From positions 68,510,001 through 68,574,000 of the forward strand of contig OX597821.1 in assembly GCA_951406725.2 (NCBI GenBank): 64,000 nt of DNA, in the 5' to 3' direction. Made by a program: the position numbers and the translations under genes. Of the stretch, positions 15,943 through 30,851 are shown in pieces. Every line of letters starts with the position of its first letter. The stretch's first letter is position 1. The stretch is from Octopus vulgaris. Its lineage: Eukaryota. Below the pieces are notes generated by a model, which was not told the DNA's origin, did no database searches, and saw only the letters and a list, made by a program, of their open reading frames with translations.

Positions 15943-16186
15943 TGGAGCAGTCCAGGTTCTAACCGGTGTACCATAGGGCTTGGAGTACCTAAATAACCAG
16001 AAGATTCTTCTTTTTTTTGTTGTTGTTTTGTTGAACTGTTGTTTTCTTCTTCTATTGTGACTTTCTTATTGAACTGTTTGCTTTTTCTCTTCTTCCCTTT
16101 TGTTTCCTTTTGATTTCTTTCTTTTCTTTTCGATATTTGAGAACTATTGTTTTTGACTTTTTTCTATTTAATTTAAAGCATGGCAA

Positions 16187-17415
16187 AAAATACGGATAAG
16201 ATTGTAGAATGGTAGATTATCCTACCTAAGAAGTCACTCAGACAGCATGAGGGGAGGACAGTGTTGTGTAGAACGTATTCGAAGGTTCTCGACACCATTA
16301 TCGTCTTCTCCAAGCAGATGATTGAGCAGAAGTTGGTGGAACATCTGCCAACCATTAAGTATATCTCTAAGGGTGTCAAATATGCAACGGTGTGGTTGCT
16401 GTTTGACACCCCAGCGGAAGCTCGCAGTTTTGCAAGCCAGCCCTTTGAGGGTAAAGAAACTTTGTCTCTTCCACTTATTGTGGGAAAAAATTGACGCGGG
16501 CTTGGGTCTTTTGTTTGCCACCCGGAATTGAGGATACTATCCGTCGGGGCCTGGGTGGCAGTGGAGCCAGGCTCCTCAACGTGAAAATTCTTCCTGCTGC
16601 TGATTGGGTTGGTTTAAAAGCTGTTTTTACCCTGTGGACCCAACAGCTATGAATCCTGGTTATGCCAGATTTTTTTTTAAATGGCCGGGTGCAGATACCC
16701 GTGATTCTTGAAGGTGCTCCCCGCCCAGGTGTCATCGGTGCCTGGAGCCTGGGCATATAAAGAAAAAAATGTCCTCTGGAACAAAGCAAAGTCCTGGAGC
16801 AGTTGATTGAGACCTCTGTAGAAGAAGAAACGAAGGCGGCCGAGGAGAAAGAGGACTCCCCAAAGAAGGGCCGCAAGAGGAAGAAGATGAGCAACAATGG
16901 GTGCTCACCGAAAGATCCTAGGGATGAGGGAGGGGAGGCGAATCTCCCGGTCACGAAGGAGACGCATCCTTCCTCAGTTGAGAACAAAAAGAAAGAGGAA
17001 GTGGAAGAGAAACGGGACATTGCCGGCAATCGGTGACATAGCACTGGAATGTCCCAGAACCTTGCCGGTAGGGGTTGTGCCTCCGGCAGGGGAAGAGACA
17101 CCGTTGGTGGAATTGTGCCGCCAACGGCAGAATTGACTACCTCGAACCCGGTCTTCTTCTACAGAGGTGGAGAGGTAGAAGAGGTGGTGGAAAAGTACCA
17201 TAAGGGAGCACATTTAACCTTCACACTGGATCCCGAATGCCCTCCGCAGATAGCTGTGGAGGTCATAACGTTGCCCGTGATGTATAGGCTGCAGAGACTC
17301 AATGAGAAATATCGCTTGTAGCAGGTCGACGCTGGCTCGGATCCCGCCTTGGTCTTGAATGAAGCGTGGGTGATGGCGGAGTATACGGGCACAGGCGATA
17401 TTGGGGAGGAATAGT
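16187..17415 (+). pseudogene. Disrupted L1/Tx1-type ORF1 (gag-like, CCHC zinc knuckle, Lys/Glu-rich region)
   Basis: Overlapping ORF fragments 16261-16494, 16803-17036 and 17049-17321; C-x2-C-x4-H-x4-C near 16730-16775 across a frameshift. Confidence 0.65.
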
Positions 17416-17749
17416 GACAAGAGGTTGAAAAGCCTCAGTGTTATAATGCTTATTGTATAATGTTTAATGTTTATTGTATGTTATTGTGTTTAAGAGGCTT
17501 AACGCCCCAATTTTTAAATGGATTATTAGTCCAATAATTGTAAAACTGAAGTAAGAGGTTCAATACCTCGTTTGTCTTTTTCTGTGAAAAAAAAAGAAGG
17601 GAATAATGTTTTAGAGAATCAAAAAATCGGCGAGCGTTTTATGGTTTCTCTCATCAATATCATCTTTTTTCATCATTCATCTCATTAATGTTTCTGCCCA
17701 GCCCACAAGCTACTCTTTGTAATGTCGTCATGGCAAATTTTATGAAATA

Positions 17750-17895
17750 AAGTAGCTTGCTTTCCAACTACATGGTTCCGGGTTCAGTCCCACTACATGG
17801 CACCTTGTCTTCTACTATTGCCTCGGGCTGACCAAAGCCTTGTGAGTGAATTTCGTAGACGGAAACAGAAATAAGCCCGTTGTATGTATGTATGC

Positions 17896-17927
<32 letters not shown>

Positions 17928-18175
17928 ATATATATGTGTGTGTGTCTGTGTGTGTCTGTGTCTGTTTGAGCGTGTATGTTTATGCTTGTGCGTCTGTCCC
18001 CCACCATCGCTTGACAACCGATGCTGGTGTGTTTACGTCCCCGTAAATTAGCGGTTCGGCAAAAGAGACCGATAGAATAAGTTCTATGCTTACAATGAAT
18101 AAGTTCTGGGGTCGATTTGTTCGACTAAAGGCGGTGCTCCAGCATGGCCGCAGTCAAATGATTGAAACAAATAAA
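17750..18175 (+). mobile_element. SINE family A body
   Basis: B-box GGTTCAGTCCC, internal TA/TG microsatellite, tail GGCGGTGCTCCAGCATGGCCGCAGTCAAATGA. Confidence 0.92.
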
Positions 18176-18234
18176 AAATATATGATTTTTGGATTTCATT
18201 AATACCGTACACATGTGCACGTGTGTGTTTGTGC

Positions 18235-18300
<66 letters not shown>

Positions 18301-18844
18301 GTGTGTGTGTTTGTGTGCGTGTGTCTTTACTCAGACTGGTTCTGTTTATTCCCTAAACACATTCCTGGCGTTGCTGGTAGGGACACCGTATTTCGTTCTT
18401 TACTGACTTTTTGAACTTACGTCTTCTAGTGCTGGTTCTAGTGTATGTGTGTGTGTGTACGTGCGTGCGTGCGTGTGTGTATGCGTCTGTGTGTGTATAT
18501 ACATACATACATACATACATACATACATACATACATACATACATACATACACACATATTTCCAGTGCTATTGTGTAAAAGACAAAATTATGAGTGAATTA
18601 AAAGAGAAAACAATAGTTTTGATTGAATAAATACTAAATATATAGTAGTTATAGTCTTTTGCAGCACTTCGTCACCCGTATTTGAACAAAACGACGAACC
18701 ATGTAAATAAACTCCGACTGGGAGAGAGGTCCGTTATTGAAGTGTGCAATGATATGAACATAAGATTTAGAAAAACGTGATGCTGTGAGCTGGAACTATA
18801 AGTATATTGTTTAAACTGTATGTATATAAATGTATGTGTGAAGA

Positions 18845-19072
18845 AGAGTGGCCCGGTGGTTAGAGAATTGCACTCACGATTGCAATGTTGTGGTTTCAAT
18901 TCCCAGACCGGCTTCGTGTTGTATTCTTGAGCAAAACACTTCGTTTCATGTTGGACTAGTCGATTCGGCTGTTGATGAGTAGCCCTGCCTAGCAAGCCAG
19001 GTGGCATCATTCAAAAGCTAAAACAATGCAAAGTGCATTGTGGCCAGCATTCGATTTTTTGGTCGATATCAT
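18845..19072 (+). mobile_element. tRNA-derived SINE with CORE-like segment and a distinct tail
   Basis: GTGGCCCGGTGGTTAG A-box, GTTTCAATTCCC B-box, GTTGTATTCTTGAGCAAAACAC. Confidence 0.7.
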
Positions 19073-21306
19073 AACAGCATTGAATAGTGTGTTCGATATC
19101 ATGATAACGACATTCAATAATGTAGTCGATATCATGATATTCATGTATGTATATGCGAGTGTATGTATGTACACACGCACATACACACACACACGCGCGT
19201 GTGCATATATATATACAGAGAGAGAGAGAGAGAGAGTCAGACAGATAGACAGACAAACAAACAGACAGACAGGGCAGACAGGCGACAGACAGTGCGTGTG
19301 TTGTGTGTGTTTGAGTGAGTGTGTTGGTAGAGTAAAGTTGTAATCTAAATTTCCTTTGATGTGGACATCGGGAAACCAGCTCCATTGTATGTGTGAGGAA
19401 ATAGAAAAAGACGACTCAAAGAGAGACAATTAGTTAGATAGATAGGTAGGCAGACAGACAGTTAGATAGATATTGGAAAATATTAACAAAGTACTTCAAA
19501 ACAACATTAATATTTTCGGTTTAATTGTTGCAAAAATATACAAAAAATATTCTTCTGGTAATAATTAATAATTAATTAATTGACCCGCCTTCATTTTTCT
19601 ACGACTTCTTGGCAATCAATGGTTCAAGGAATCAATGAGAATGCTTAGAAAGTTAACAAGAATATCTGGCCAAATATGTTCAATGACCTCTTTTATCATT
19701 CTCTTTGATATTAATTTATTTTCCTTTTGTTTCTCGCCAAATTGTCTTTTTAAATGTTCACTGTATGTTCTCTGTCACCCACCATCATCACCAAGTGACC
19801 TCGTCCTTTGTTGATATGCTGCGTAGTTAGACACGATCTTCATTGATTGCTGGCGGCTGAAACTTCTCAGAACCACAAACACCGAACCTCTTACTGCAGT
19901 AGTTGAAGTAACACACGTGTGACAATAAAATGCCGACACTTCCGTTCGGATGAACTTCGGACGTTCGGAAGACGTAGTGTAGTTGGGTGCAGTTGTCATT
20001 CTTTGGTTCTCTGCTAAAGTGTCATATGGTTAAAGTCATTGACTTTCATTCATCAGATGAGTATGATAACTTTAAGCAGCTTCTCTTCTCTTCCTTATTT
20101 CTTTCTCTCTTTCTTATACTTTTTATTTATTTATTTGCAGTTTCTACACCATCATCATATTTGAAGGGTGAACTACGATGTTTCGAATTGATTTGGGATC
20201 TGATTACTGAGAATTAATTCGAGGTGAAACACTAATACTTGATTTAAACCATCTTACTTTGTAATTGCCGTTGCATAACCTCATACGATCCATGATCGAG
20301 GAAACATGTAGTTAACATCTTTCCTGTTGGAACCATTCCATCTTACTTTCAGGCATGGTATATATAACTCTACATAATCTTACGTGTCCTTCATTTTTAA
20401 GACGGTAGAGGTTGATCTGAAGGAAATTTCTTTGTTATTTCTAGTTGGTCGAAAGACCATATACAGGTTTCTTCGTCCGCTCGTTGTTGTCGTTAATTCC
20501 CCGACCACCTCTCCTCTTTCCAGTTGGCTCTTTAGATAATCTTTGTTTGCTGACATCAGTACACATTCTACTGAATAACCCAGGTGATGACACCTTATAT
20601 CCATGCCGAGGGTCTCATCCGTCTAATACTTTATTACACTTGTTACGGAAGCAATCGACCAATTAACTCACTGCTGTAACTCGTTTCAAATCCCGCCACA
20701 GCTTACTTGGGTGATAAACTTAATCTATGGCCCGGTTTAACACTCCTACTTGCTACCATGGATGCCTTCTGTTCAAGCATTTTGCCAAGGAATCCTATTC
20801 TTCGTCCCTACACCCATCGATATGTGTATATACTATAACATATTTCAGAATAAATAAATAAATTTCAGCCAACACCAACGTCACATGTGTTTATTAAACT
20901 TTATTCAGTTATACTGGTCGGTCAAAGGAGTAGCTTCCCAATTTAGGCAAATCTTTGCTCGGGGCGAAGTTTTATAGCCAAGCTTCTAAATGGCCCATCA
21001 TAATGATGTAGGTATCTATCAATGCTTAATCTTTCAGAAGTAGATTTATCATTGGCCATTTCTAGTTGAACTTTCCAAGCCTACTTGTTATTTCATTCTT
21101 GATTGTATTAACCGGAAATTCAAACCGAACTAGACCGAAGATCCGTAAACAAACACAAATGAGCTTAGTGGGATCTCCCCGGATAGTTAGTTTTGAACCC
21201 ACTGATGCTCGTGGGACACACTTTCTGACGGCATGAATATGGTCAAGCCGCATATTTTTTCTTGTGTCTCCCTGATTACGTCATATATCCGCTTTACAAA
21301 CATAAT

Positions 21307-21348
21307 TTTTTCTGTGATTTTATATATATATATAAAATCACAGAAAAA
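21307..21348. repeat. Perfect 42-bp palindrome centred on (AT)6
   Basis: tttttctgtgatttt-(at)6-aaaatcacagaaaaa. Confidence 0.95.
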
Positions 21349-21351
21349 TAT

Positions 21352-21473
<122 letters not shown>

Positions 21474-21573
21474 TTGAAATTAAATAAGGGTAGAAATTGA
21501 TATTATTAATAAATTAAAACCAGTGGCTTAGCATATTTTTAAAAATCCGAAGATTAAAAATTGTGTTATATAA

Positions 21574-22135
<562 letters not shown>

Positions 22136-22317
22136 GTCGAGCGAATCGACCCCAGAACTTATCCTTTGTAAGCCTAGTACTTATTCTATCGGTCTCTCTT
22201 GCCAAACCCCTAAGTGACGGGGATGTAAACATACCAGCATCGATTGTCAAGCGTTGTTTGGGAGACAAACACAGACACACACACACACACACACACAGAC
22301 ACAGACACACACAGACA

Positions 22318-22377
<60 letters not shown>

Positions 22378-23299
22378 CGACGAGCTTCTTTCAGTTTCTG
22401 TCTACCAAATCTACTCGCAAGACTTTGGTCGGCCTGAGGCTATAGTAGAAGACAGTTGCCCAAGGTGCCAAGCAGTGGAACTGAACCCGGAACCTATATT
22501 CTTTTTAATAAATAAATCTAGCTTCTACCTGGCAGAAACAAGTGACATATTCTCTCTAAAGCCATATTTGCAGCTTTAATGCTGTTGTAGTTTGTCTTTG
22601 TCCAGTGCATCTTTAGTCAATTAAAGTTCTGGTCATTGATCACATGTAATGAGAATGCGGGTATTTTGAAATTACATCACGGGTGGTGGCGACCGTATCA
22701 TGCATAGTTACGCGTTGTCCTTTGGCAAGGCATAGCACCCGTTTAGCCACCCTGCCAGGGATATCGTGAAGTTATAGGATTGCAGCATGCCAGATTGAGA
22801 AGAGGCAGCAGTTGATCTCAACTCAGGCAACGGTGCTTCTTGCGTTCATGCTGAGCGGAGGAATCCTGAATCAACGGTCAGTATCAACAAGCTCTATCAA
22901 ATGAGTAACTGTAATACATATATAGGGATGGCGTCCGTGACTGTGTAATCAGCTAATGAGATTCATTGTGACTTAAGCTCCCTGTTCAAATATGAATACT
23001 AGAAGTGGACAGCGACAAAGACTCTTGGGAATCCGCACAGGTAACGCAACTTGGAAGTAATCGCGGTAACGTGACCGAGAGGCAATCGCCGTAAGAAAAT
23101 TCTCAGCCATCAGCTCGTGAGTCACGAGATCTAACAATATAACTGACATTGTGTTATTGAGGATGTCACTTTTCTGCTTAAATAAGAAGCCAAAAACGAG
23201 AATTGTGGAGAAGAAACGGTTAAATTGTTTAAAGTCGTGGGATCAAATTCGCGTAAGTTTGCTTCCTGTACGGATGAAGATGTGCTCTAGCAAGTAGTA

Positions 23300-24420
23300 G
23301 AACTGACAGCAAAACACTTCATTAGAAGTTCACTAATCAGCGAAAATGTGGTGGTGAAGAGAAAAGAGTAGAGGGGAAAGCTAGTGTGATGAACGTAATG
23401 TGATAGTTTATGAATAGCAAAAATAAAAGATTGTTATTGGAAATTACTTGTAAGAAGCAATATAGCGAGAGAAAAGTTCAGCTTGTTGTAATTCCGACCA
23501 GGTTAATTACGGTACGTAACAACTTTTCATACATCAAAGTGACGTTTGAAGAATTGACGATCAAGCCAGTATTTTCCTAGTCAAGTAATCAATATTTATA
23601 GGTAGCCTTGGAGCAATTCCCAATTATCATCTGGGATCGATCAGGGAAGCGTACATGATGAATTCATTGAAAGAGAGAAAGAGGGAAAGAGAAACAAAGT
23701 GATAGGAGAGAGAAAGAGAGATGCTGCAAGGTAGGAATGAATGATGGCAAGATTAGGAGAAAGAGTAAAATGGCGATGAGGAATAACAGTTAGAAGGGAA
23801 AGAAGATAGTAAAAGATAGAGTGGACAAGAGCGATACCAAGAGAGAGAGAGAGAATAAGCTTAGTTAAATAACATAGGAAAGCTAATTCCGTTAAGAACA
23901 GTATAGTAAAGAAAGGTGAAGAAGCGGATAGTTTTCAAAATTAAACTCGTTTTTCTCTTGCAGCTGATAACATTTTGAATGGGTGGCAGTAAAGAGAAAC
24001 AGAAAGAGAGAATTAATGATGAGGGTGGGGCCGTAATCTGGAGAGATTTTAATGAAGTTTCCTTTCATAGAAGCTTTTGAATATATCTTAATCCTAATCC
24101 TATTTCAAATAGGATATTATTTCAATTCTCTGCTAGTAATTATATCAGATGAAAGGAAATAAAGGGAGACAGTTAGACAGTTTAAAGTGTGAAGTCCCTG
24201 AAACGGAGTAATTAATAAGAAAACTTTGTGTATTGCAAGTTTGGTAAAATAATGGAATAATTAAGCTGGAGAAACGAAGGACTTGTAGGTTTTCTTTCTG
24301 AGCAAGCTCTTTGTATATAGATTGTTTGCTGATAAATTTACAAAACAGGGTTAGCTGATAATGAAAATAACTGTAATAGCTTCCTAGAGTGGAATTTAGT
24401 GAAGCCTAAAGGTTATTTTT
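23300..24420 (+). mobile_element. Possible very old LINE remnant (ORF1-like and APE-like traces)
   Basis: Only short motifs: RNVIVYE (~23393) and GAVIWRDFNE (~24028, cf. GDFN); purine-rich strand bias. Confidence 0.25.
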
Positions 24421-24668
24421 ACCATTTGAAAAAGAAATAACGAATGCAAACATGGCTGTGTGGTTAAGAATTTCGTTACGCATCCACTCGGCTCTGGGGT
24501 TCGATCTTTCTGCCTGGTACTTTGAGCGAGTTTCTCCAACCATAGTCTCAAGTTCGCCAATACCTTATGTGTGGAACATGGTAGAAGAAAACTGTAAGGA
24601 ATCCCGTTGTATATATGCTTACATGCATATTTTTGTTATCTTTCATTTATAATTATTTAATTTGTTAA

Positions 24669-24868
24669 AGCGGCGAGTTAACAGAATCGTCAGCGCGCCG
24701 AACAAAATACTTAACGAAATATTTTTTCCGTTTCCATCGAAGTCGACTTTGCCTTTTATCCTCTCGAGGTCAATAAAAAGAAAGTACCAGTCAAGTACTG
24801 GAGTAGACATAATCGACTAACACCCACCCCCTTAAAATACTGGCCTTGTGTCAAATTCCAAACAATTA
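24669..24868 (+). mobile_element. SINE family C
   Basis: GCGGCGAGTTAACAGAATCGT head; GTCGACTTTGCCTTTTATCC...AGTACCAGT central domain shared with 41990-42410. Confidence 0.8.
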
Positions 24869-25464
24869 TTTGACTTCTTCATAAGAAGCTGGATTTTACC
24901 AGAGAAACAAAGCATCAACGCCCAACAGATCATATTTATCTTTTGTGCTCTCAAGCAATAATAACAAGACAGTTGTGCGTTTATATGGTGGCAGTTTTTA
25001 TTCTTTTGATTCATCGTTTTTACTGGTTTCAATGTTTAGAAGACGGTTATAATGGGATGCTATCTTCAAAGGTTTAGTCGATCGCAGCGAGATCAGCGTT
25101 TATTCGTTATAATTCTCTGGTTCATATTTCTCAAGCCATTAGACTACGTGAAATAAACAGATCTAGATACACACAACAGAGACAAATAAATACAGACATC
25201 CTTCATCAGTTGCATTTTTGTACATGAATCCTTTCACAACCATGAGGGATGTGATGTATTCAATTACAGCTGGGAAAGGAAAATCCTCAGAACACAGCCT
25301 AAAAAGATTATGCAATGGCAAAACAGCTGGGAGAATCTGCCAAGCTGAGTGAATATGGTGTTGGTACACGAAATGCTCAACATTTGCTTCGCTGCCTCCA
25401 TAGCGGTATCACTGAGCCCAGTTTACGTATGCTTACTTCCATATATACATATATAAATACATAC

Positions 25465-25537
<73 letters not shown>

Positions 25538-25883
25538 TGGAAATGATAAGGGTAGAAAATTTAGAAAAGTTTTCATACCGGTGGCTAGCATACGTAATAA
25601 AGTCAATAGACAACATATTTTCAAAAATGATAGCATACAAACAATTTAAGTATTTATATACGAAAGAGGTGACCTTTGACAGGACACCTTACATGCTAGA
25701 AAGGGCAGTCAAAGCCCAAACCACGAATAAAAGCAATTTCAAAGGGAATGAAAATAAAAATGTTTTCTTCTAGTTACCCTCGACCAATACCTTGTTAGAA
25801 TTTCGTAGACCAAAACTGTCCGTAAATACCTTGCATACACACAGACACAGACAGATAGACAGATACACACACACACACGCACG

Positions 25884-25939
<56 letters not shown>

Positions 25940-26609
25940 ACATACATACTCAGCGTTGGATGCACTGTATTTATGTCTGCCAAATTCTAACAAGACATTG
26001 GTCGATTCGAGGCCGTTGGATAAAAACCAAACGTCCAAGACGCCATGCAACGGGATTGAACGCGAAATCACGTTGTCACAAAGCGAACTTCTTAAGCACA
26101 CAGCAATCCTGCGCCTACGCAGTGAACATTTGCTTACAGATGGCAATGATGTAGCTTCAGACATGTCTTTAGTTTGGCTTTGTAAAGCTTACATTTGTAG
26201 TTATAGTCAGCTGATTTTTTCTGTCTTGTGAAGAAGTTCCTTAGTTGAGAATTTCTTGTACTTAGACTGCATGTTAGTAATCTTCAAAGTGAGATGTTAT
26301 AAATTTTGTATGCATTTTTCCTGGTTTTATTTTACCAACAGAGAGAGACGGTTTCTTGCCGAGAAAGACAGCTCTTTTGCTGGAATTTAGATAACATCAA
26401 CAGAGTAGTCATGTATGCATGTATGTGTGCATGTATATATACATATGTATGTATGGCTGTATGTATGTATGTGTGTACGTATGTGAGCGTATGTATCTGT
26501 ATATGTATGCATGTATGTGTGTTCATTCGTTTTTGGTTGTATTTTTCGAATTTCTCACCAATGGAGAGAATCGGTTTTTTGGTTGGAAACATGGATCTTA
26601 TTACGTGCT

Positions 26610-28160
26610 AAACTTCTTGAATATATTTTCTATATTTTGACAATACAGTTTGTAGCTGTAATCATCTGATTAATCGTGTTCTTTCTAGTTTTGTGAAGCC
26701 CAACTTCTCAGAATTTGGCACTGAAGCAGTTACTCACATTGCCAAATGTTCCAATAATTATTGGTCGAAATCTAAAATTATGGTCTGGATGGAGTAACTG
26801 CAGATTTTTCATCAGTTCAACATTATGTTGATATCTGCTGGGCAAATGATTTCAACTACTGCGCATGACTTCTTTTCTTTGTCCCAACCATTGATTCTAG
26901 TCTGCAGTATTCTCATTTTAAAGAAGTCTTGACAAGAACATAGTACTAATATTCTTTCAAGTTATATGTGACCATACACCCCACATTACTGTACCTTATA
27001 CTTGTCCTCTCAGGGTTGTTCTGAGTATCATCATAAAGTCTTCTAGCCATGACATCATATCTTATAGATAGGTAATACCTTGAAAATATTTTGAGATGTT
27101 TATGATGTGGTTGACATTCTCAATGTTGATTCCAAAAAGCGTGCACCGGTTGTTACGTCAAGGTAGTTTACTTTTATCATTATCCCTTTTGTACATTAGG
27201 TATTTTGTGGCTATTTCCTGCTTCTGTATTGCAAGACATATCCTTGAAAGTTGTTAATCCAGGCTAGACTAATTTGATTATCAATGTTGCTGTCATTTTG
27301 AAACCTGGGCATATAACTATGCATGACATTTTACTAATATATACACAAGCTCTCTTCTGATGACCTATCGCGACACAGTTGTGCAAATTCTCTGGTAGTA
27401 TACCCTTGATTATCACTCAGGGAATATTCTCTGAGAAGCTCCTTTTCAACTCTCATGTTATTACAGACTTCAGGATTACGGACTTGATCAATGGCAGAAC
27501 TGCTATACTTTGAAGTTACTGTATGTTATTGAAAGGACCTTGATGTGACATTCAATGGCTGTTTGGAGCTGTGTTAAACTTTGCTGCCATGTTTCCGTTT
27601 TAAATAAAGCTAGTCTATATCACTTATGATGTGGACATTTTTTGTACAGGCTAATATCAATTGCCATGGTTTGATCAAATAGCCCAAATGTTGATATTAA
27701 CACTAGTACAGCAAACACATTGAGGAATAACGATTTATTGCATGTGGACAGTACAGAGAACTAGATTGTTTTTATTCTAGTGTTATATTCCCTGATATTT
27801 TCATCGTTTCTTAAATACTTGTTGTATTCCTCATCAGATATCAGAGAAAGAGTGAAGCCATTGTTAGTAATGATACTTGATAAACTCGTAGTTCTCTCAA
27901 ATTTTACAATCATATAAGAACATATACCTAGCCAAACTTAATCCCAATATCTTTTGAGAATGTCGTAAGGAAGCCATCCATATTGTTAGCATATATTTCA
28001 GATAATCCACAAAGAAGCAATGTGTTAGGCTAGTCTTTCTGTCTCCTAATGGACCAATCGCATATCTTCCAAATTTGTTTGACAAAAACTACAAGGAGTT
28101 AATGAAAATTTAAACACTATGATGGAGAGATTGACGCCCTGAAATATATCTCTGCAAAAC
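26610..28160 (-). mobile_element. Highly degenerate R4/Dong-like RLE retrotransposon
   Basis: Collinear motifs on the minus strand: THCFFVDYLK (FMDDLK-like), SDID*LYLKRKHG, AIQKQEIATKY, NNRCTLFG..ENVNHII, WDKEKKSCAVVEIICP, PIIIGTFG. Confidence 0.75.
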
Positions 28161-28424
28161 AGTCTACTATTAGTGGCAATAAAACCACTTCCTCTATTTG
28201 ATTTCACAATAGTGGCCCAGAGTAAAGTCAGGTTTTCTATGGTTTTAATAACGGTACATGGAGCATTAGCAGGTCAAAGGACTCTAACATCCATGAGAGT
28301 GGAACAGAGTCGAATGCTTTCGTGTAATTCAACCAAACTGTATGTATGTATGTATGTATGTATGTATGTATGTATGTATGCATGTGTGTATGTATGCATG
28401 TGTGTATGTATGTGTATGTATGTG

Positions 28425-28720
28425 AAGGACTCCTAGCCTTTGTTAGGGCATCCTTCTAGGAGAAGGTAACTCTCCTAGGAGAAGGTAACTCAGGTAACTG
28501 GGATAACTCCGACGTAAAACCTGCGGCTCAGTAGTTACCAATGATGTTGACTTGTTCTTCTTTTCGGATTATGGCTGTTGTTGCTTAGTGAGTGGGATTG
28601 ACTCAGTGCACAGTCTTTCCTCACTTTAAAGAAAAATCTTCTTGCACAGGCATTGCACGATAACAACATTGATTAAGCTTCGTGCAATGGCCATACTCGA
28701 TAAGGAGGGGCAGCCACCAT
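28425..28720 (+). mobile_element. Probable RTE-derived non-autonomous element ending in (ATGT)n
   Basis: GGGCATCCTTCTAGGAGAAGGTAACTCT resembles an RTE 5'-UTR motif (locally duplicated); bounded by ATGT repeats. Confidence 0.4.
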
Positions 28721-28749
28721 GTATGTATGTATGTATGTATGTATGTATG

Positions 28750-28783
<34 letters not shown>

Positions 28784-28815
28784 TGTATGTATGTATGTAT
28801 GTATGTATGTATGTA

Positions 28816-28865
<50 letters not shown>

Positions 28866-29153
28866 AATATATGCAGGTATAGCGAGAGAGGGAGAGAGAG
28901 TGATTCAGGACAGCTAGGAAGAAGGGGAGATAATAAAGTAGTGGCGATCCCAAAACGAAGGTGGGCGAGTTACCTCCCTTCTTCACGTAATCCAGGAAGG
29001 GTGTCTCTGCTCCCAGGGGTGCCGTTATTCATTATGAGAAAAGTTTTAAGAGCCTGAAACCATCTCTGGAACATAAGTAATGTATGTTCTCAGTTTGGAG
29101 AAAATCAGTTGAAAAATACGGCTGTTATAATCTTTTACACACAGACACAGAAC

Positions 29154-29236
<83 letters not shown>

Positions 29237-29320
29237 CAAATTTACAGAAACCAAAAGACGAAGACAAGTGAAGGAACAACAAGCAGGTGTATTAAGTTTA
29301 ACGCTCGAGAAGAATGGAAA

Positions 29321-29360
29321 AGTCTTTGACGTTTCGAGCCTACGCTCTTCGACAGAAAGA
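29321..29360 (-). ncRNA. Minimal hammerhead-like motif (variant core)
   Basis: UCUUU-CUGUCGA-A-GAGC gtag GCUC-GAAAC-GUC-AAAGA; stems I and II pair, stem III reduced to palindromic ACGU, A6 replaced by U. Confidence 0.5.
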
Positions 29361-30484
29361 ATTGAGAGGAAAAAATGGAGGGAGAAAGAAAAAATACAGA
29401 GAAAAAATGTGTTCGGGTTAAAGGTTCAACATGGTAAAATGACCGGATGTAAGTGTGTGTGTGTGTGTGTGTACGACGTGTTTCCACTCAGTTTTTATCA
29501 AGCAAATTCACTCACAAGATTTCGGTCGGTTCGAGGCTATATTAGACGATACCTACTCTAGGAACATATTACACATTGATACGGAACAACAGAACTTGTA
29601 AACACGTCGTTACAAACTGAGTTCCTTAATCACACAGCCATGCCTACGCCTGTGTTCGATCGTAGCTAAAACCATTTCATTAACACGAAACGACGAACGA
29701 AAATCGGATTCTGATAGTCTTTTTGTTGTCTTTGTTGCTTTTGTTGTTATTATTGTTGTTGTACCTATTTACTTCTGCTCTTACTTTTGTTGCAGTTATT
29801 ATTTTATTTCTGTTGTTTCTTTTTTTATGTATATATATTTACTTACGATAGATAAATCTCATTTTCTAAAGTCTAGACTGAATTTTCTCTTATTTTTACT
29901 TTTCGTTTGTCTTGTTTTGATTTCGTTTGCTTTTTCTCTCAAGAAACTACAAAGAAACCATACGATTGTGTTATTCATTTCAAATACGCATTTTCACGAT
30001 TCATCAATATGTTAAATAGATGACAGCAAGAAACATTTTATAATAAAGCACTTCTATTCGAGCATTGTTTAAATCCTTTATCAGATTAACTTAACAAGTA
30101 ACATACATATCTTCGTGAAAATGCTAAAATATTTACACAGATTTTCAAGAGTGGAAAATATGTATTCATTTATATGTTTTACTTATTCTATTGTTGAAAT
30201 ATGTAAAGAGGAAAAAAAAACGTGTACCCACACACACTTAATTCAATGGGTCTAAAACTGGGTAATACTTATTTCATAGAAAAGAACCAGATGACAAAGT
30301 GTATAATGGAAGGAGGTGAAAATGGCTATTTTAATTGACTCCCATAAAGGATTACTTGAATATGCTTTATTGACGTTGTCCACACACACACACACACACG
30401 CGCAGACGTTTGTGTTTGTGTGTATGTTTATATAAGAATATGCATGTCTCTTCATCCCTCTTCTTCCCCCTCTTTCTCTTTCTT

Positions 30485-30521
<37 letters not shown>

Positions 30522-30629
30522 CCAGTCCTAGTAGTCTGAAAAATATAGGGTCAATGCGCAGCCTTTTCCATATAGATATGTAGATAGATAGATTGATAGA
30601 CAGATAGATAGATGGATAGACGAGTAGAT

Positions 30630-30820
30630 ACATACATACAAACACACATACACACATACATACATACATACATACATCTATACATACATACATACATACA
30701 TACATGCATGCATGCATGCATACATACATACATACATACATACATACATACATACATACATACATACATACATACATACATACATGCATGCATGCATGCA
30801 TGCATGCATGTATGCATACA

Positions 30821-30851
<31 letters not shown>

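Larger units (their letters stand above)
15461..17749 (+). mobile_element. ORF1-only (HAL1-like) non-autonomous retroelement, apparently full length
   Basis: Tandem ~128-bp units in the 5' region; disrupted gag-like ORF with IPVILEGAPR-CHRCLEPGHIKKKCP zinc knuckle; no RT or endonuclease motifs; degenerate 18-bp TSD (15443-15460 / 17750-17767); 3' end matches 60503-60939. Confidence 0.72.

Noticed and set aside
19775-20020. Unique-looking ORF or exon on the minus strand
   Set aside because: Two open frames but no recognisable domain and no linked exons.
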